Assembly (NCBI GenBank): GCA_000146045.2
Contig: BK006943.2
Location: forward strand, 1 to 64,000
From: TPA_inf: Saccharomyces
Taxonomy: Eukaryota
Direction: 5' to 3'
DNA: 64,000 bases
Shown: positions 24,341 to 36,918 of the stretch, one piece after another
Numbering within the stretch: position 1 is the stretch's first letter
Layout: the number at the start of each line of letters is the position of its first letter
Translations under genes and position numbers: made by a program
The notes under the pieces: model-generated
Databases searched by the model: none
The model's input: the letters and a program-made list of their open reading frames with translations, nothing else
Told to the model about the DNA's origin: nothing

Positions 24341-26086
24341 TTACTTCAACAAGTAAAGTCTTCCTTCCCATGGCTGCAAGGTGCGGGAATCACCATTTGA
24401 GTTTGCATAGTTGCCAAAAAACATGGTGTAGGAGGCCTCATTATCAGGAACTGAAAAGTCCGTATTATCGCTACTGAAATTGAAAACAGCAAACATTTTT
24501 TTGTTATCTGTGTCCTTTGTAAACATGAATAGCTTGTCATTATCAAGATCAATGAACTGAAAGTTATGTCCATAAACAAGGATATCTTTGTGCTCCTTTC
24601 TAACTTGTAAGGCCTTTTTCCAGAAAAAGAAGACTGAGTTTTTATCTTTTAACTCAGCTTCTGCGTTGATTCCGTCTCTAAATGATTCATTCATGTCAAT
24701 CCATGGTTTGGCATCCTTCGAGAAACCTGCAGAAGGCTCATCAGCACTCCATGGGAATGGTGTTCTCCCATGATCTCTAGAGATCAAAGCTAATGCTTCA
24801 AAAAACTTTTTCATCTTTTCAGAATCTTCACCATAATCACGTTTAATGGCGGCATATGTACCAGTACCTTCAACGCATTTGATTTGCTCAATTTTTCTGT
24901 TTTTGAAGTTGGGCATACCCAATTCTTGTCCTTGGTAGATAAAAACAGTACCAGTCAATGAAATGATGAGAGTAGCCAACATCTTGGACGAAATCTCACG
25001 CCATTTAGGAGAATCTGAGCCAAAACGCGAAACGCTACGAGGTTGATCATGATTCTCCAAATAGATGGTCGACCAGCAATCTGTGTTTTCGATAAACAGA
25101 AAGCTTTCAGCAAGAGCCAGCTTAAAGTCTTTTAAAGTAAAGGGAATAAGTTCGTACTTGCATTTTGGGTTTTCACCTACTGAGGTGTGCTTGAAGTTGA
25201 ACATCATATTTAGTTCTCCTTCTTTGGCACTGGTATAAACTCTGAAGTCGTCTTCATTCCCGATACCAACTTCTCCAACAGTCATGATTTCTTTACCCTC
25301 TGGAACTTGCGAGAGCATGTAGTTATGCATTTCTTTATGATACTCATGGATACGTGGCCCATTTATGAAAAATTCAGTTCCTTTTTGGTAAGGAACTGTA
25401 GGATCAGTGATAGGAGCATCGGGTAGGCCCTCAACCTTAGAATACATGCTGCCTACGTCAATACGAAAGCCATCAACGTTGTGACGTAGCCAATAGCCCA
25501 CTGAGGAGTCATAAATGGCTTTACGGCACTCTTCATTTTCCCAATTGAAATCAGGTTGGCCAAGAGCAAACACATGCAGAAAGAACTCACCAGTTTTTTC
25601 GTCATATCTCCAAGCAGATCCACCAAAGAAAGATCTCCAATTGTTGGGAGGAATTGGATTACCTTTCTCATCGTAACCCTTTGGAGGTCTCCAGAAAAAC
25701 CAGTCACGCTTTGGATTAGCCTTAGAAGATCTACTCTCCTTGAACCATTCATGCTCTTCAGAACAGTGGTTGATAACCAGGTCAACAATAACCTTGATAC
25801 CTCTCTTATGAGCTTCTTCTATCATTTGGAAACAATCCTCATTGGTACCGTAACGTGGCCAAACCTTCTCATAGTTGGCAATATCGTAACCCATATCTTC
25901 TTGAGGAGAGTCATAAAATGGGCACACCCATATCGCATCGACACCTAATTCTTTGACATAGTCAAGTTTGGAGGTAATCCCAGCTAAATCACCCCATCCG
26001 TCATTGTTGGAGTCCTTGAAACTAGCAGGATAAATTTGGTAGACGGTGGCTTCTTTCCACCATTTAGGATTATGGATGATCGTCAT
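24341..26086 (-). CDS. IMA5: Alpha-glucosidase / isomaltase paralog, GH13, 581 aa
   Basis: The ORF-track start at 26110 is GTG; first ATG is at 26086 ([37 protein letters not shown]). GH13 motifs [16 protein letters not shown] and [10 protein letters not shown]. Paralogous to IMA4 in this window. Confidence 0.88.
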   Translation of the reverse strand: MTIIHNPKWWKEATVYQIYPASFKDSNNDGWGDLAGITSKLDYVKELGVDAIWVCPFYDSPQEDMGYDIANYEKVWPRYGTNEDCFQMIEEAHKRGIKVIVDLVINHCSEEHEWFKESRSSKANPKRDWFFWRPPKGYDEKGNPIPPNNWRSFFGGSAWRYDEKTGEFFLHVFALGQPDFNWENEECRKAIYDSSVGYWLRHNVDGFRIDVGSMYSKVEGLPDAPITDPTVPYQKGTEFFINGPRIHEYHKEMHNYMLSQVPEGKEIMTVGEVGIGNEDDFRVYTSAKEGELNMMFNFKHTSVGENPKCKYELIPFTLKDFKLALAESFLFIENTDCWSTIYLENHDQPRSVSRFGSDSPKWREISSKMLATLIISLTGTVFIYQGQELGMPNFKNRKIEQIKCVEGTGTYAAIKRDYGEDSEKMKKFFEALALISRDHGRTPFPWSADEPSAGFSKDAKPWIDMNESFRDGINAEAELKDKNSVFFFWKKALQVRKEHKDILVYGHNFQFIDLDNDKLFMFTKDTDNKKMFAVFNFSSDNTDFSVPDNEASYTMFFGNYANSNGDSRTLQPWEGRLYLLK

Positions 26087-26886
26087 GTTTTTCTTTTCAA
26101 TATTGAGCACTTTCTATATAGTCATCAAGAAACAGTAGTTTTTCGCACCAAGATATGTGAACAAGTGTCCTAATTTATAATTCGTCAGACGTTTATGAAC
26201 TTACTCCTCAAAACCGTATCAATTACCGTAGCGGTAATGGAAGATACAATTCTTAAGTGTGAATTACTTTTTCCGGTGAATTAGCTTCTAGGATTGTGAC
26301 TATTTCAATGGACAATGTTGCAAATAGTTTCAAATATTCCCGTGTTTCTCCGAGGATTCTCCACGGAGGAAAAATAATGCAAAGTTTATTTCCCCGTTTT
26401 CTTTTCTCCGTCTAGGCATTTACGCTTTCACGCAACTTTATTATATCACCTCCGCGGGGATTCAACAACGAGGTATGTGGAGAAGGAGAGAAATTCCAGA
26501 GAAAGCAGCCTAGAGCATCCTGCTGCAGCAACTTATAAACGTATCTCACAGAAAAGGCCGGAGAAAGTTCTTGAAATGTGTAATTTAGCCTACCTGCCAA
26601 GCGGCTGGAATTATCCCGAGAATAATTCCGCGACCGGGCCTGTTCCTGAACTCTAAGAAGTTTTGGAATTTCCGAACGCTTCTTCGCATGAAAGACATGA
26701 ACTCTTAAGTAAAATAATATGAACTGGCATGGTCGTAATCTTTTGGACGACGGAATATCATCGCTAACCATTGTAAGGGATGAAGCTTGACTAGATATAT
26801 TTAAACGACCATTTTTGTTTCATTCTTATTTTAGATTGCATTTTTTATAAGTCACTTTTAGTTAGCTCAGAACGCCAGCAAAAACC

Positions 26887-28596
26887 ATGACTGATCGTAA
26901 AACCAACTTGCCAGAAGAACCGATTTTCGAAGAGGCAGAAGATGATGGCTGCCCTTCGATAGAAAATTCTTCACATCTGTCAGTACCTACAGTGGAGGAA
27001 AACAAGGACTTTTCCGAGTATAATGGGGAAGAGGCAGAGGAAGTTGTTGTTCCAGAAAAGCCTGCTTCAGCCTATGCTACTGTTTCTATCATGTGTTTAT
27101 GTATGGCTTTCGGTGGATTTATGTCCGGTTGGGACACAGGTACGATTTCTGGTTTCGTCAATCAGACTGATTTTTTAAGAAGATTTGGTAATTATAGCCA
27201 TTCCAAGAACACTTACTACTTATCTAATGTGAGAACTGGGTTGATTGTGTCCATCTTCAATGTGGGAAGCGCCATTGGCTGTCTTTTCTTGTCTAAATTG
27301 GGTGATATTTACGGCCGCTGCATGGGTTTGATTATAGTTATTGTCGTTTATATGGTTGGTATTGTCATTCAAATTGCCTCTATAGATAAGTGGTATCAGT
27401 ATTTTATTGGAAGAATTATCGCTGGTATAGGTGCTGGTTCCATTAGTGTTCTTGCCCCGATGCTTATTTCGGAAACTGCGCCAAAGCATATCAGAGGTAC
27501 GTTGCTAGCTTGTTGGCAATTGATGGTGACTTTCGCAATTTTCTTGGGTTATTGTACCAATTATGGTACCAAGACTTACTCGAATTCTGTCCAGTGGCGT
27601 GTTCCGCTTGGTCTATGTTTTGCATGGGCTATTATTATGATTGGTGGTATGACGTTTGTTCCGGAATCTCCTCGGTTTTTGGTGCAAGTCGGTAAGATTG
27701 AGCAAGCTAAAGCTTCTTTTGCCAAGTCGAACAAGCTTAGTGTTGACGATCCTGCTGTGGTTGCAGAGATTGATCTTCTTGTTGCTGGTGTGGAGGCAGA
27801 AGAAGCAATGGGAACTGCTTCATGGAAGGAATTATTTTCGAGAAAGACTAAAGTTTTTCAACGTTTAACGATGACAGTCATGATTAACTCTCTGCAGCAA
27901 CTAACCGGTGACAACTATTTCTTCTACTACGGTACTACTATCTTCAAATCTGTCGGTATGAATGACTCTTTTGAGACTTCAATTGTCTTGGGTATTGTGA
28001 ATTTTGCTTCTTGCTTCTTTTCACTTTATTCTGTTGATAAGTTGGGCCGTCGTAGATGTCTTTTACTTGGAGCAGCCACCATGACGGCGTGCATGGTTAT
28101 TTACGCCTCCGTTGGCGTCACAAGACTATATCCGAACGGTAAAAGTGAACCATCATCTAAAGGTGCTGGTAATTGTACGATTGTTTTCACGTGTTTTTAC
28201 ATTTTCTGCTTTTCCTGCACCTGGGGACCTGTATGTTATGTGATTATTTCTGAAACATTTCCATTAAGGGTGAGATCCAAGTGTATGTCCGTTGCAACAG
28301 CGGCCAACTTATTGTGGGGGTTCCTAATCGGGTTTTTCACTCCTTTTATTACTTCGGCAATTAATTTCTACTACGGTTACGTTTTCATGGGTTGCTTAGC
28401 GTTTTCATATTTTTACGTCTTTTTCTTTGTTCCAGAAACAAAAGGTCTAACTTTAGAAGAAGTTGATGAGATGTGGATGGACGGTGTATTACCTTGGAAA
28501 TCTGAATCCTGGGTACCAGCTTCTAGAAGGGATGGTGATTATGATAACGAAAAATTACAGCATGACGAGAAACCCTTCTACAAAAGAATGTTTTAG
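26887..28596 (+). CDS. HXT8: Hexose transporter, MFS sugar porter, 569 aa
   Basis: ATG verified. Sugar porter signatures PESPRFL and [11 protein letters not shown]. Close paralog of the HXT9 ORF in the same window. Confidence 0.88.
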   Translation: MTDRKTNLPEEPIFEEAEDDGCPSIENSSHLSVPTVEENKDFSEYNGEEAEEVVVPEKPASAYATVSIMCLCMAFGGFMSGWDTGTISGFVNQTDFLRRFGNYSHSKNTYYLSNVRTGLIVSIFNVGSAIGCLFLSKLGDIYGRCMGLIIVIVVYMVGIVIQIASIDKWYQYFIGRIIAGIGAGSISVLAPMLISETAPKHIRGTLLACWQLMVTFAIFLGYCTNYGTKTYSNSVQWRVPLGLCFAWAIIMIGGMTFVPESPRFLVQVGKIEQAKASFAKSNKLSVDDPAVVAEIDLLVAGVEAEEAMGTASWKELFSRKTKVFQRLTMTVMINSLQQLTGDNYFFYYGTTIFKSVGMNDSFETSIVLGIVNFASCFFSLYSVDKLGRRRCLLLGAATMTACMVIYASVGVTRLYPNGKSEPSSKGAGNCTIVFTCFYIFCFSCTWGPVCYVIISETFPLRVRSKCMSVATAANLLWGFLIGFFTPFITSAINFYYGYVFMGCLAFSYFYVFFFVPETKGLTLEEVDEMWMDGVLPWKSESWVPASRRDGDYDNEKLQHDEKPFYKRMF

Positions 28597-31500
28597 ACCG
28601 GTGAAAACACACGCAAGCAAACTTCAAAGTACATTGATAAATAATGTCCAATGCCCTCTGTAATATAGGGGCTTTTTAATTCCTAAGACTGATTCGATAT
28701 ATTAAACACCAGGGCTACTGAAGACTGACAGTCACGTTGAGTCCTATTATATCATTTTACTCACAGAAGATTTGGTAATATGATACTTAGATGGGCTTAA
28801 CAACAAAGTGTTTTCTTGATGTTACTGCCCATGAAAAAAAGCAAATCAAATTAGTAGGCGGATTGTTAACTTTGTTTATTTTGAAACCCGTCAGGACTAC
28901 CAAAATATAACAAAGTATTGATTATCGTCAACGCTTTATAGATCACTTTTTTTTTTTTTTGAGGAACCGATTAATTAATACATCGTAGCCTCTGCTTATT
29001 GCATAACACAACAAAAAAATACAATAATACGCAACTTTTGTTTATAGAAAAATAAAAATGGAACATATGATATTCTCTGTTCGTCATATGATAACTTAAG
29101 CACTTTCGTGTGTACATAGGTATTCTAGTGCATTGGAATGAGATCAATTATGATTTCCTAACCCAGAATTTATATTACTAATGATTTCAGAATTAATAAA
29201 AGCTGAAATAAAAGGAGTAGCAATGTAATAGGAAATAAACGAGGGCACATAGAAAGGAAGAAGAAAAATTACATTATGTGGAATTATTGATTCCCTTGGC
29301 AATTTCCCATAGTCTCATGAAAATTCCTGGCCTATTCTGTATTCATAATTCCATACTCTTTTTTAACAATGAAACTCCGGTAATTACCACAATATTTACT
29401 TATATCTCAATACGAACGCATGTTCTCTTCGAGGAAGACCAGCATTAGCGCTAAGCGCTAAGCGATGAGTTGACTTAATTTTTAAAAGGACGATGTTGGC
29501 GCGTTAGTGCATAAGAAAGTCAGCAAATCCCTTTAAGCTGAAAACCTTGATATATTTCTCGGCCTTTAATAATGGCGCAACTGATTTTAATTATCTTTGA
29601 ATGGCTTATCTGTAACGAACATGTGTTACTAAACTAGTAGTAAGTTAGAAATACTGTTTATCCAGAATATGTAAGTTGGTGCTTCTAAAGTAATATAAGA
29701 CCGCTTTAATTTGTTGTAACCTCTGAAATACAGGTAACCGCTGGGTCATCTCCTATCTAACTTTTGGTAAAAATGACATCGAAAAGAACAATTTTCGAAA
29801 TATTCAATTTGTTCGGGTGTCGGTTTAATGCTCAAGGCCCCAATATTTCATAATAGGATTCTAAGAATTGCAGAAAATTCAGCTATGTTTCACCCATTTT
29901 GTTATTGGTGAAAACCGCCAAATCGATATCGATATAGTCACATTTTAGAGCGTGCCGATAGTCTCTAAACTTACACGAACGTCATTATTTGTAAGTAGAC
30001 AACTGGGAATTTTAAAAAAGGTTGAGAAGATTCGTTTTATAAAATATGACGTCGTAAAAGAAGAAAGTGACAATACTGTTGCTGCGGGTTAAAAAAATAA
30101 TTCTCCTACAAGCTTGAGACCTTTATTACAATTCCTACCTAAATTGGCTCTTCAGGGGGGTTTTCTAGGCAGGTATCTCTAGAATTTACTCAAGAAGTTT
30201 ATTTTCTAGTGCCAAAAAGTCTACTGCTGATATTCGCTTCTACTGATTAAGAGCTGCTTTAAACCATCTTGTTGCAACATTGAGTTTGGACTTAAAGCCT
30301 CAAGTTGTTAGTGATGTTGCTTTTCAGGATGACGTGTAGTTGATCATCTTACAGAAAAGGAAGCAATGGTACGTATAAGATATTATTTTAAATGAGAAGT
30401 AGCTGGTCTTCAAATCACAGACATTGTGATGGCAAAGCAGTGATAAATAAAGTTTTCACACCCAAAGCAACATCTTTCCAAACCGTTTGTGTGCCGTGGT
30501 GAACAGATAGAAGAGGGCACTGTTATTCAAATTTTGAGGGTCGGGAGAATTAACTCGTTAATTATTCCTGGTGTCGAATTTGCGTCATTCCTAAACTTGG
30601 ATATTCTTATATGGCAAAAAAAGAATTTTTTATGCCACCAACACGACGGCATATTCTGGAGTGATTATAGCCACTGCTAACAAGATAAGGCGGTAACACC
30701 CGATTGTGCAGATGTCCTCATTTATCCTGTTTCCGAGCATTTGATTAACCGTCTCTGTGAGACCAGTTAAAGACCTCTCTCAAGAAAAATATGTAAATTT
30801 TTTTCAGCCACTTTATCGGCACTGGAACGAAACGATATGGTATTCCCAGTATCAGCCACGGCCCCGTGTAAGCCGTAAAGTAAACAAAAATTTTTACCAC
30901 TAATTTCGTTGCGTATCAATTTATACTATTCTTTGTGAAAACCTACACAGACTACCAACAGAAATTTTTTTGGTCAAACGAGTCCAGTCTGGTTATTCGC
31001 TGGTTCATGTAAAATGTTAGCACCATCTACAGATTCCGAACATTAAAATCGTATTATGCATAATATAGACATTAATGAGCAATCTGTTCATTACCCCCTT
31101 ATCGTATGGCAACAGCTATTCCTGATGTAATAGTGATGTTATATTGCTTTCGCCATTATTAATTTTGAGGAAGCTTTCCAAACAGATTACATAGCTAACT
31201 AATTGCAATTTTGCGACGCCATAAGGATACGCGATTTCCTCCTTTTCTTTTTCGCGTTGTTCTGTGCGCTCTTTTTTTCAGCCAAAAAGGGTTCCTGAAC
31301 AAAAAGACCCTGTTTTTTTTCTGCCTGTTAACTCTGATCTTAAAAAGTTACCAATTTTCTAACATTTCTCAATAAAGACCCTTCGATAAACAAGATTCTT
31401 GAGAAATAAAAATTTTTGTGACGTTTACTTTTGAAAGTCCTTGAAGAATTCATTACTAATAGAGAAAAAATGGTGATAATTTTTTTACTTCACCTCCTTT

Positions 31501-32162
31501 CTACTATCCCTCTTATTCGGATTATCTAGCTTTAACTTCGCCAGTTTTTTCTTGACACACTTCACAGATGATGGTGCCTTCATGTCGGCATGACGCATTA
31601 TCTCCATACTAAAAAATGATCCGACAATATCTCCTTCCTATTTGATCAGCCTCTTATCGTTCGTAAACGACGTAACTTGACGGAGAACGGAGAACTTGTT
31701 GAATAGAGAAGAGTATGTCGGTAATTGATCTCCGATATGAGCGAATATAAAAGCAACATATTTGCTGGTATGTAGCGTAGCTTTTCTTTCCAATTGACGG
31801 GACATCGAAACAGTATATTAACCGAGATAAAAATGACGACTTATCAAATCGATGTCAATGAAGGAATGAACAAGTCCCTGGCCGACTTGGTGGCACCATA
31901 GCGCCCAGAGCCACTCAAAAATTACTGTATAAGTAACACTAATTTGATAGATGTGGTAAGCGGTGTCAGTCTCCTCGGAGCTTACATCTTCATAGAACAG
32001 GGTGTCATTTCCAAGGTCGAATTTGGTTCTGAAAAGCCGGTAACCGTTGATGAAGTTGCCTTTGAAATTATTGACGGCACCGGTAAGTATGTCACTCCAG
32101 GTCTGATCGACAGTCATGTCCACATTGCGTCGGTTGCAGGAGAGGCTGATCTGACCAAGTTA

Positions 32163-33158
32163 ATGCTGATGCCAAAGTCAGTTGCATTACTCAGAATAAG
32201 ATACACTTTGGAAGCCGCTCTGGCAAGAGGTTTCACAACAGTGAGAGACTGTGGGGGTGCAGAAGGCTTTCTGAAAGCAGAGATTCGTCAGGGATCCTTG
32301 AATGGTCCCAGATTAATTACGTGTGGACATGCCATTTCCCAAACTGGTGGTCATGGCGATCTGAGATCTGGTGCCCTACCTGCTAGTGCCTTTGACAGCT
32401 GTTCATGCCACTTTGGTCAAGTTGGTGTTGTAGCAGATGGTGTTCCCGAATGCTACAAAGCGGCCAGAGAAGAGTTTAGAAGAGGTGCAGACTTTATTAA
32501 GATTATGGGTGGTGGAGGTGTGGCCTCTCCAACTGACAAAATATCAAACAAACAATTTTGCGACGACGAAATAAAAGCACTTGTAGATGTCGCAAATAGT
32601 TACCACACATACGTAACAGCACACGCCTACACTGCGGAAGCGATACAAAATTGTATCAAGTTAGGTGTTAAGGGTATCGAACACGGAAACTTATTAGATG
32701 AACGTACCGCAGAGCTTATGGCAGAATTGGGTTGCTACTTGACTCCAACACTAGTTACCTACAAAGTGATGGGTTCTGATCAATTTAGTGCATTCTTGGG
32801 ACCTGAAAATAGTAGAAAAAATACAGAGGTGCTTTACAAAGGAATTGATGCAATGAAAATTGCCCAGAAAAAAAAAGTTAAAATTTGTTTTGGTTCAGAT
32901 TTATTGGGTCCTCTATATGGTTATCAAACGCAAGAGTTTCGTATTAGAGGGAAAGTTCAAACGACACAAGAGATTTTGCTCTCAGCAACTGTTACTCCTG
33001 CCGAAATGAACGGATTAGGCGATAAATTGGGACAGATTAAGCCAGGGTTCATTGCTGACCTACTGATGATGAAATCAAATCCGTTGGACGATATAACGAT
33101 TTTGGATGAACCCGAGAGCAACATACTATTTGTCATGAAAGAGGGAAGGATATATTGA
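32163..33158 (+). CDS. YJL213W: Metal-dependent amidohydrolase-superfamily protein, 331 aa from the first in-frame ATG. The open frame continues upstream to 31902.
   Basis: First ATG at 32163 (MLMPKSV...). Downstream motifs are typical of amidohydrolases (HAYT, GIEHG, ...). The frame is open upstream through 31902 and there encodes the N-terminal beta-sandwich and HxH metal-binding motif (GLIDSHVHI) without an ATG. Confidence 0.8.
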
Positions 33159-33849
33159 TGTAGTTATAGTTGTTTTCACAGTCAGCATTATTTCTGAATG
33201 CTAGAAGCCTTTTTTTTTTTGAAGTCATAATAAAATATTTGGCTTGTAAATTTAAGTATTGAAGTCAAAATATCCTACTTATATCACAGTGAAATGTGAG
33301 GTGGATATGGCCCTTTAGGGCCCTTAATTTTACAAGTTACAGAATCTTTTTTTTTTTTATAGCATTTGTAAGGTCCGTGTATTCAGAAAAAAATCCAAGC
33401 TTAAAAAAGTGTATATAACATTTGGTATCTGAAATACGGATCTATCATAAAATAGAACACCTCAAGGAGGTATAAATTTTAAAAGTTTTTTTATTGTATG
33501 CTCGTGCCCGTTTTTTCTTAAAGTCGGAATTTGTTATCGAACACTTGGCATGCGCTAAAGATCGTTAATTTACAAAAATAAGGCGGATGAGATGCCTCCG
33601 CTAAATATTGCAGGGGTCGCTTTGAATGTTTCGACCAAAATGTGCTCTAAAATATAGAAATATCATTATTAACAGTATAATTAAACGTTGAGATAAAGTA
33701 TTTCAAGTTAAGCAATATGAAAGGATGACAGAAAAGAAAATAATTTCTTAATATTACAGAATATGAACTAAAGTTTGCTATTACGTGTGCCAAATTTTGA
33801 ATTAAAACTTGATATGAACCTCTGCAGGTTTATTATTATGTTTTCATGA

Positions 33850-36249
33850 TTACCACCATTTATCATAACCAAATGTCTCACCTTTCTTTAAGGTATAAAA
33901 TTTTTTATAATCATTATCATACGTTCTTTTCCAAACGTTGTTTCCCCACCAGCTGAGCTTACCACCTGGGTACTGTACACACAAGAAGATGATGACGACG
34001 GAGATTGCCACACCTGCTTCAACACCGGCCCCCATGACGAAATTGTACTTATTGAACCAAGCTCTCCATCTTTTTCTTATCAAGTTTAGGCAGAATGACA
34101 TTGCAAAAAATAATGAGTAGTTATAAGGTGTGCTTGGTGGAATATTACCTGGGCCTGTGAAAAATACAGGAGTATGAATGTGCTTAGCAAATTTAAATTT
34201 AGGGAATTTCCATTGAACAGCATAAACGGCTAGTGGGAATAGCAAACCAATCAAGAAGAACCACATCAGCGGATTATAAATGCGCCCTGATGAGAAAAGA
34301 TACTTTGGCAAAGACCAGATAATGGAAGCATTGAAAACCGTGCGACCATTAGCACAAGTGAAGCCATTTGGTTGATCGGTGGTACATAAGCCATCGATAT
34401 TATGCATCATCCATTCCTGGACACCAACGTTAACCATGCCTGATATGATAGTGGCATAGATTTGAACGGCAAAGATCAAACGAGGGGAAACCTTCATGTA
34501 CATGGCTAATTTCAAATCTCTACTCAAATTCAAGCCTTGTCTCATGACAATAAATCCGTATAGCTTGAATAATAAGTTTGCCATTGGTCTTAAAGGCAGC
34601 ATATAACCGCAGATCAATTCTGTGATAATATTCAAACCTACGTGTTGGTTAGTCATTGCTTCCAAGATACCTTGCGGGATGAAATTTACAAGGGAAATTA
34701 ATATTGCAATAACAAATGCCCAAGCTGGGAACTTAGTATCGAAACAGCACACTGCTACAAATCCTAAACCGATCATGACAATCTGCAAAAGTAAATACCA
34801 CCAATCGGGACAATCCTTATAGTTCTTGGAGTAGATTCTCATGTGAATGTCAGTGCCACCATTTTTACGGTCTTTAAACTTGGCGACAATATCTTTACCG
34901 TGGTATAAGATGCAGTGGACAAAAACGGCGATAACAGCGGCAAAATTTAAAGCATACGACAAAAGATAGGAAAATGGAACGAATACCGGTGAGTATTCCT
35001 TATATTTCTCAAGATTAATGGAATAATCCTCGTTAAGAATCTTTGTTACGTTGTATTTGTTTTGAGTGTTGTCATAAGTAGAACCTGAAATGACGGGCAT
35101 GTATTTGGCATACCAGGTATTCGTAAAATAAAGACATGGCAGCACTATGACGAAGAATATCAACACTGATGCATAGGTGTTGGCGGAGACGTAGAATGGT
35201 GTGGCGAAAACAGAGCCGGACATGGCTTGGGAAACCTGGGTGTAGTCAAATGTAATTGGCAACGCACCGAGACCACTTTGAGTACCAAAGATTGTGTTAG
35301 CGATGAAATTGTGTCTTGTCTTCGACCCCCATAGGATAACGTTGAAATAGGACAGACCGGTAAAGAGGAATCCAGGTACCCAATACCAGATGAACGATCC
35401 GATAAGGACGATTAAGAAGAACCTGTAACGGGGCATCGTCCAACCATTTGCGACTGTCTTTTCAACTTTTCTCGAGTGCAACGAATCAAACAAGGACACT
35501 GAAATTAAAGTCTGAGGCCAGATAGAGCTTGCAGGGTTGACGACCCATCTTCTGGTAAGACCTGCAGCACCATAACCAATCATTTGAGATGTCCAAACCA
35601 ACAAGAACTGATATCCGACATTAAGTTTCATGTTGTAAAAGCTTCCCTGGGCGTTCAAAATGTACATAGCGTATGCAGTAGAGGAAGTAAGCGCCACGGC
35701 AATTGTGACCACGGCGTGTTCCTTTTTGGTAAATGGGCCCGGGTTTAAATCGAAAAATGGCACTTTAGAACACTTCCAGTCGGGCAAGAGAGCCAGTATC
35801 CTACCAATTGGGTAGCAAACAACTTGTGCAACAAGGAAGTTGATCTCTAGCGATGGATATCTCAGGGAAAAAAATTGATTAACACCGGCGAAAACTACCA
35901 CAAACACCGTGGTCAAGAACCACGTTCTCCAGTGGTTGAGGCGGATGGTGGGGTCATCCTCGATGGACACCGCCGATCTCACTTCAGGATATGGAGAATT
36001 GGGCAAGTATGTAGGGTCGCCCTTCCAAACGAGACCTTCCTCCTGTATGGAATGCCTGTCGAATTTTTGGCTTTCCGGATCGCGGTCCTCCTCATCAGTA
36101 GTCGCAGTGAGATTATTGACGTCCTCGTCAATATTCTTAACGAAAGCATCTTTCTTTTCCTCTTCCATATTGATCTGGATAGGAATGGTTGTTGGCGTTG
36201 GCGAGGGCTCCGACTCCAACGAGTCGCTCTCCCTATAAATGGTACTCAT
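33850..36249 (-). CDS. OPT1: Oligopeptide transporter, OPT family (glutathione/peptide uptake), 799 aa
   Basis: 799-aa polytopic membrane protein with ATG verified. OPT-family architecture with a hydrophilic N-terminus followed by about 15 TM segments. Position and length match OPT1. Confidence 0.88.
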   Translation of the reverse strand: MSTIYRESDSLESEPSPTPTTIPIQINMEEEKKDAFVKNIDEDVNNLTATTDEEDRDPESQKFDRHSIQEEGLVWKGDPTYLPNSPYPEVRSAVSIEDDPTIRLNHWRTWFLTTVFVVVFAGVNQFFSLRYPSLEINFLVAQVVCYPIGRILALLPDWKCSKVPFFDLNPGPFTKKEHAVVTIAVALTSSTAYAMYILNAQGSFYNMKLNVGYQFLLVWTSQMIGYGAAGLTRRWVVNPASSIWPQTLISVSLFDSLHSRKVEKTVANGWTMPRYRFFLIVLIGSFIWYWVPGFLFTGLSYFNVILWGSKTRHNFIANTIFGTQSGLGALPITFDYTQVSQAMSGSVFATPFYVSANTYASVLIFFVIVLPCLYFTNTWYAKYMPVISGSTYDNTQNKYNVTKILNEDYSINLEKYKEYSPVFVPFSYLLSYALNFAAVIAVFVHCILYHGKDIVAKFKDRKNGGTDIHMRIYSKNYKDCPDWWYLLLQIVMIGLGFVAVCCFDTKFPAWAFVIAILISLVNFIPQGILEAMTNQHVGLNIITELICGYMLPLRPMANLLFKLYGFIVMRQGLNLSRDLKLAMYMKVSPRLIFAVQIYATIISGMVNVGVQEWMMHNIDGLCTTDQPNGFTCANGRTVFNASIIWSLPKYLFSSGRIYNPLMWFFLIGLLFPLAVYAVQWKFPKFKFAKHIHTPVFFTGPGNIPPSTPYNYSLFFAMSFCLNLIRKRWRAWFNKYNFVMGAGVEAGVAISVVIIFLCVQYPGGKLSWWGNNVWKRTYDNDYKKFYTLKKGETFGYDKWW

Positions 36250-36918
36250 GTGTTCTGTGACGTTATATAATTGTTGCGGTTATTTTCTGCCACACAGTCG
36301 AAAACTTTTTACCAAGAATACACAGCTTCCGATGATTGTCCATATATAGTCGAAACAATTCATTGAATAGCCCAAAATTTGAAAAAAAAAGAAAAATGAT
36401 GGGCACCCCATGATGATAAGAGCTCTCTTTCTTCAACAACGATTGCTAAGGCGTTTACAGACCCATCGACTGCCCTTGCAGTGGGTTTGATGTGATTAAC
36501 AGGCAGCAGCAACAAGCAACTGCTGAAAACCTTGGTGCCTTGCAGACGGCTATTGTCCTGGATTTTGTGTGACAAAACGTAGATGTGGCGTCTTGTAGTC
36601 GGAGGTGTGGCGGGCCGGAAAAATAGTGGAAAAAAAGAAAATTAATGCGATAGCGACGGGCAGGTAGGGAGGTTTGAGGGGTCCGTAGTATGCGTCTATC
36701 GTTGCAACAAGGGTGACTAATGCCATGTCTTGGCCTTTGATGCAACGTCTCGGAAGTTAGTATCGATCCGAGGAGTGGAACGGATGCGATTTCCCCTCCA
36801 TTCTATCGATAAGGTTGCTGGGAAACGCATTATAAGGGATGAGTGAAGACGGAGGGAAAGCATAACGAGGAGAGATTGCCGAGATAACTGAGAAGACGTA
36901 ATCTAAAGGCAACGCAGC

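Noticed and set aside
26412-26771. 119-aa minus-strand ORF between IMA5 and HXT8
   Set aside because: It is short and basic, has low complexity, and lies in the divergent promoter region. There is no supporting motif.
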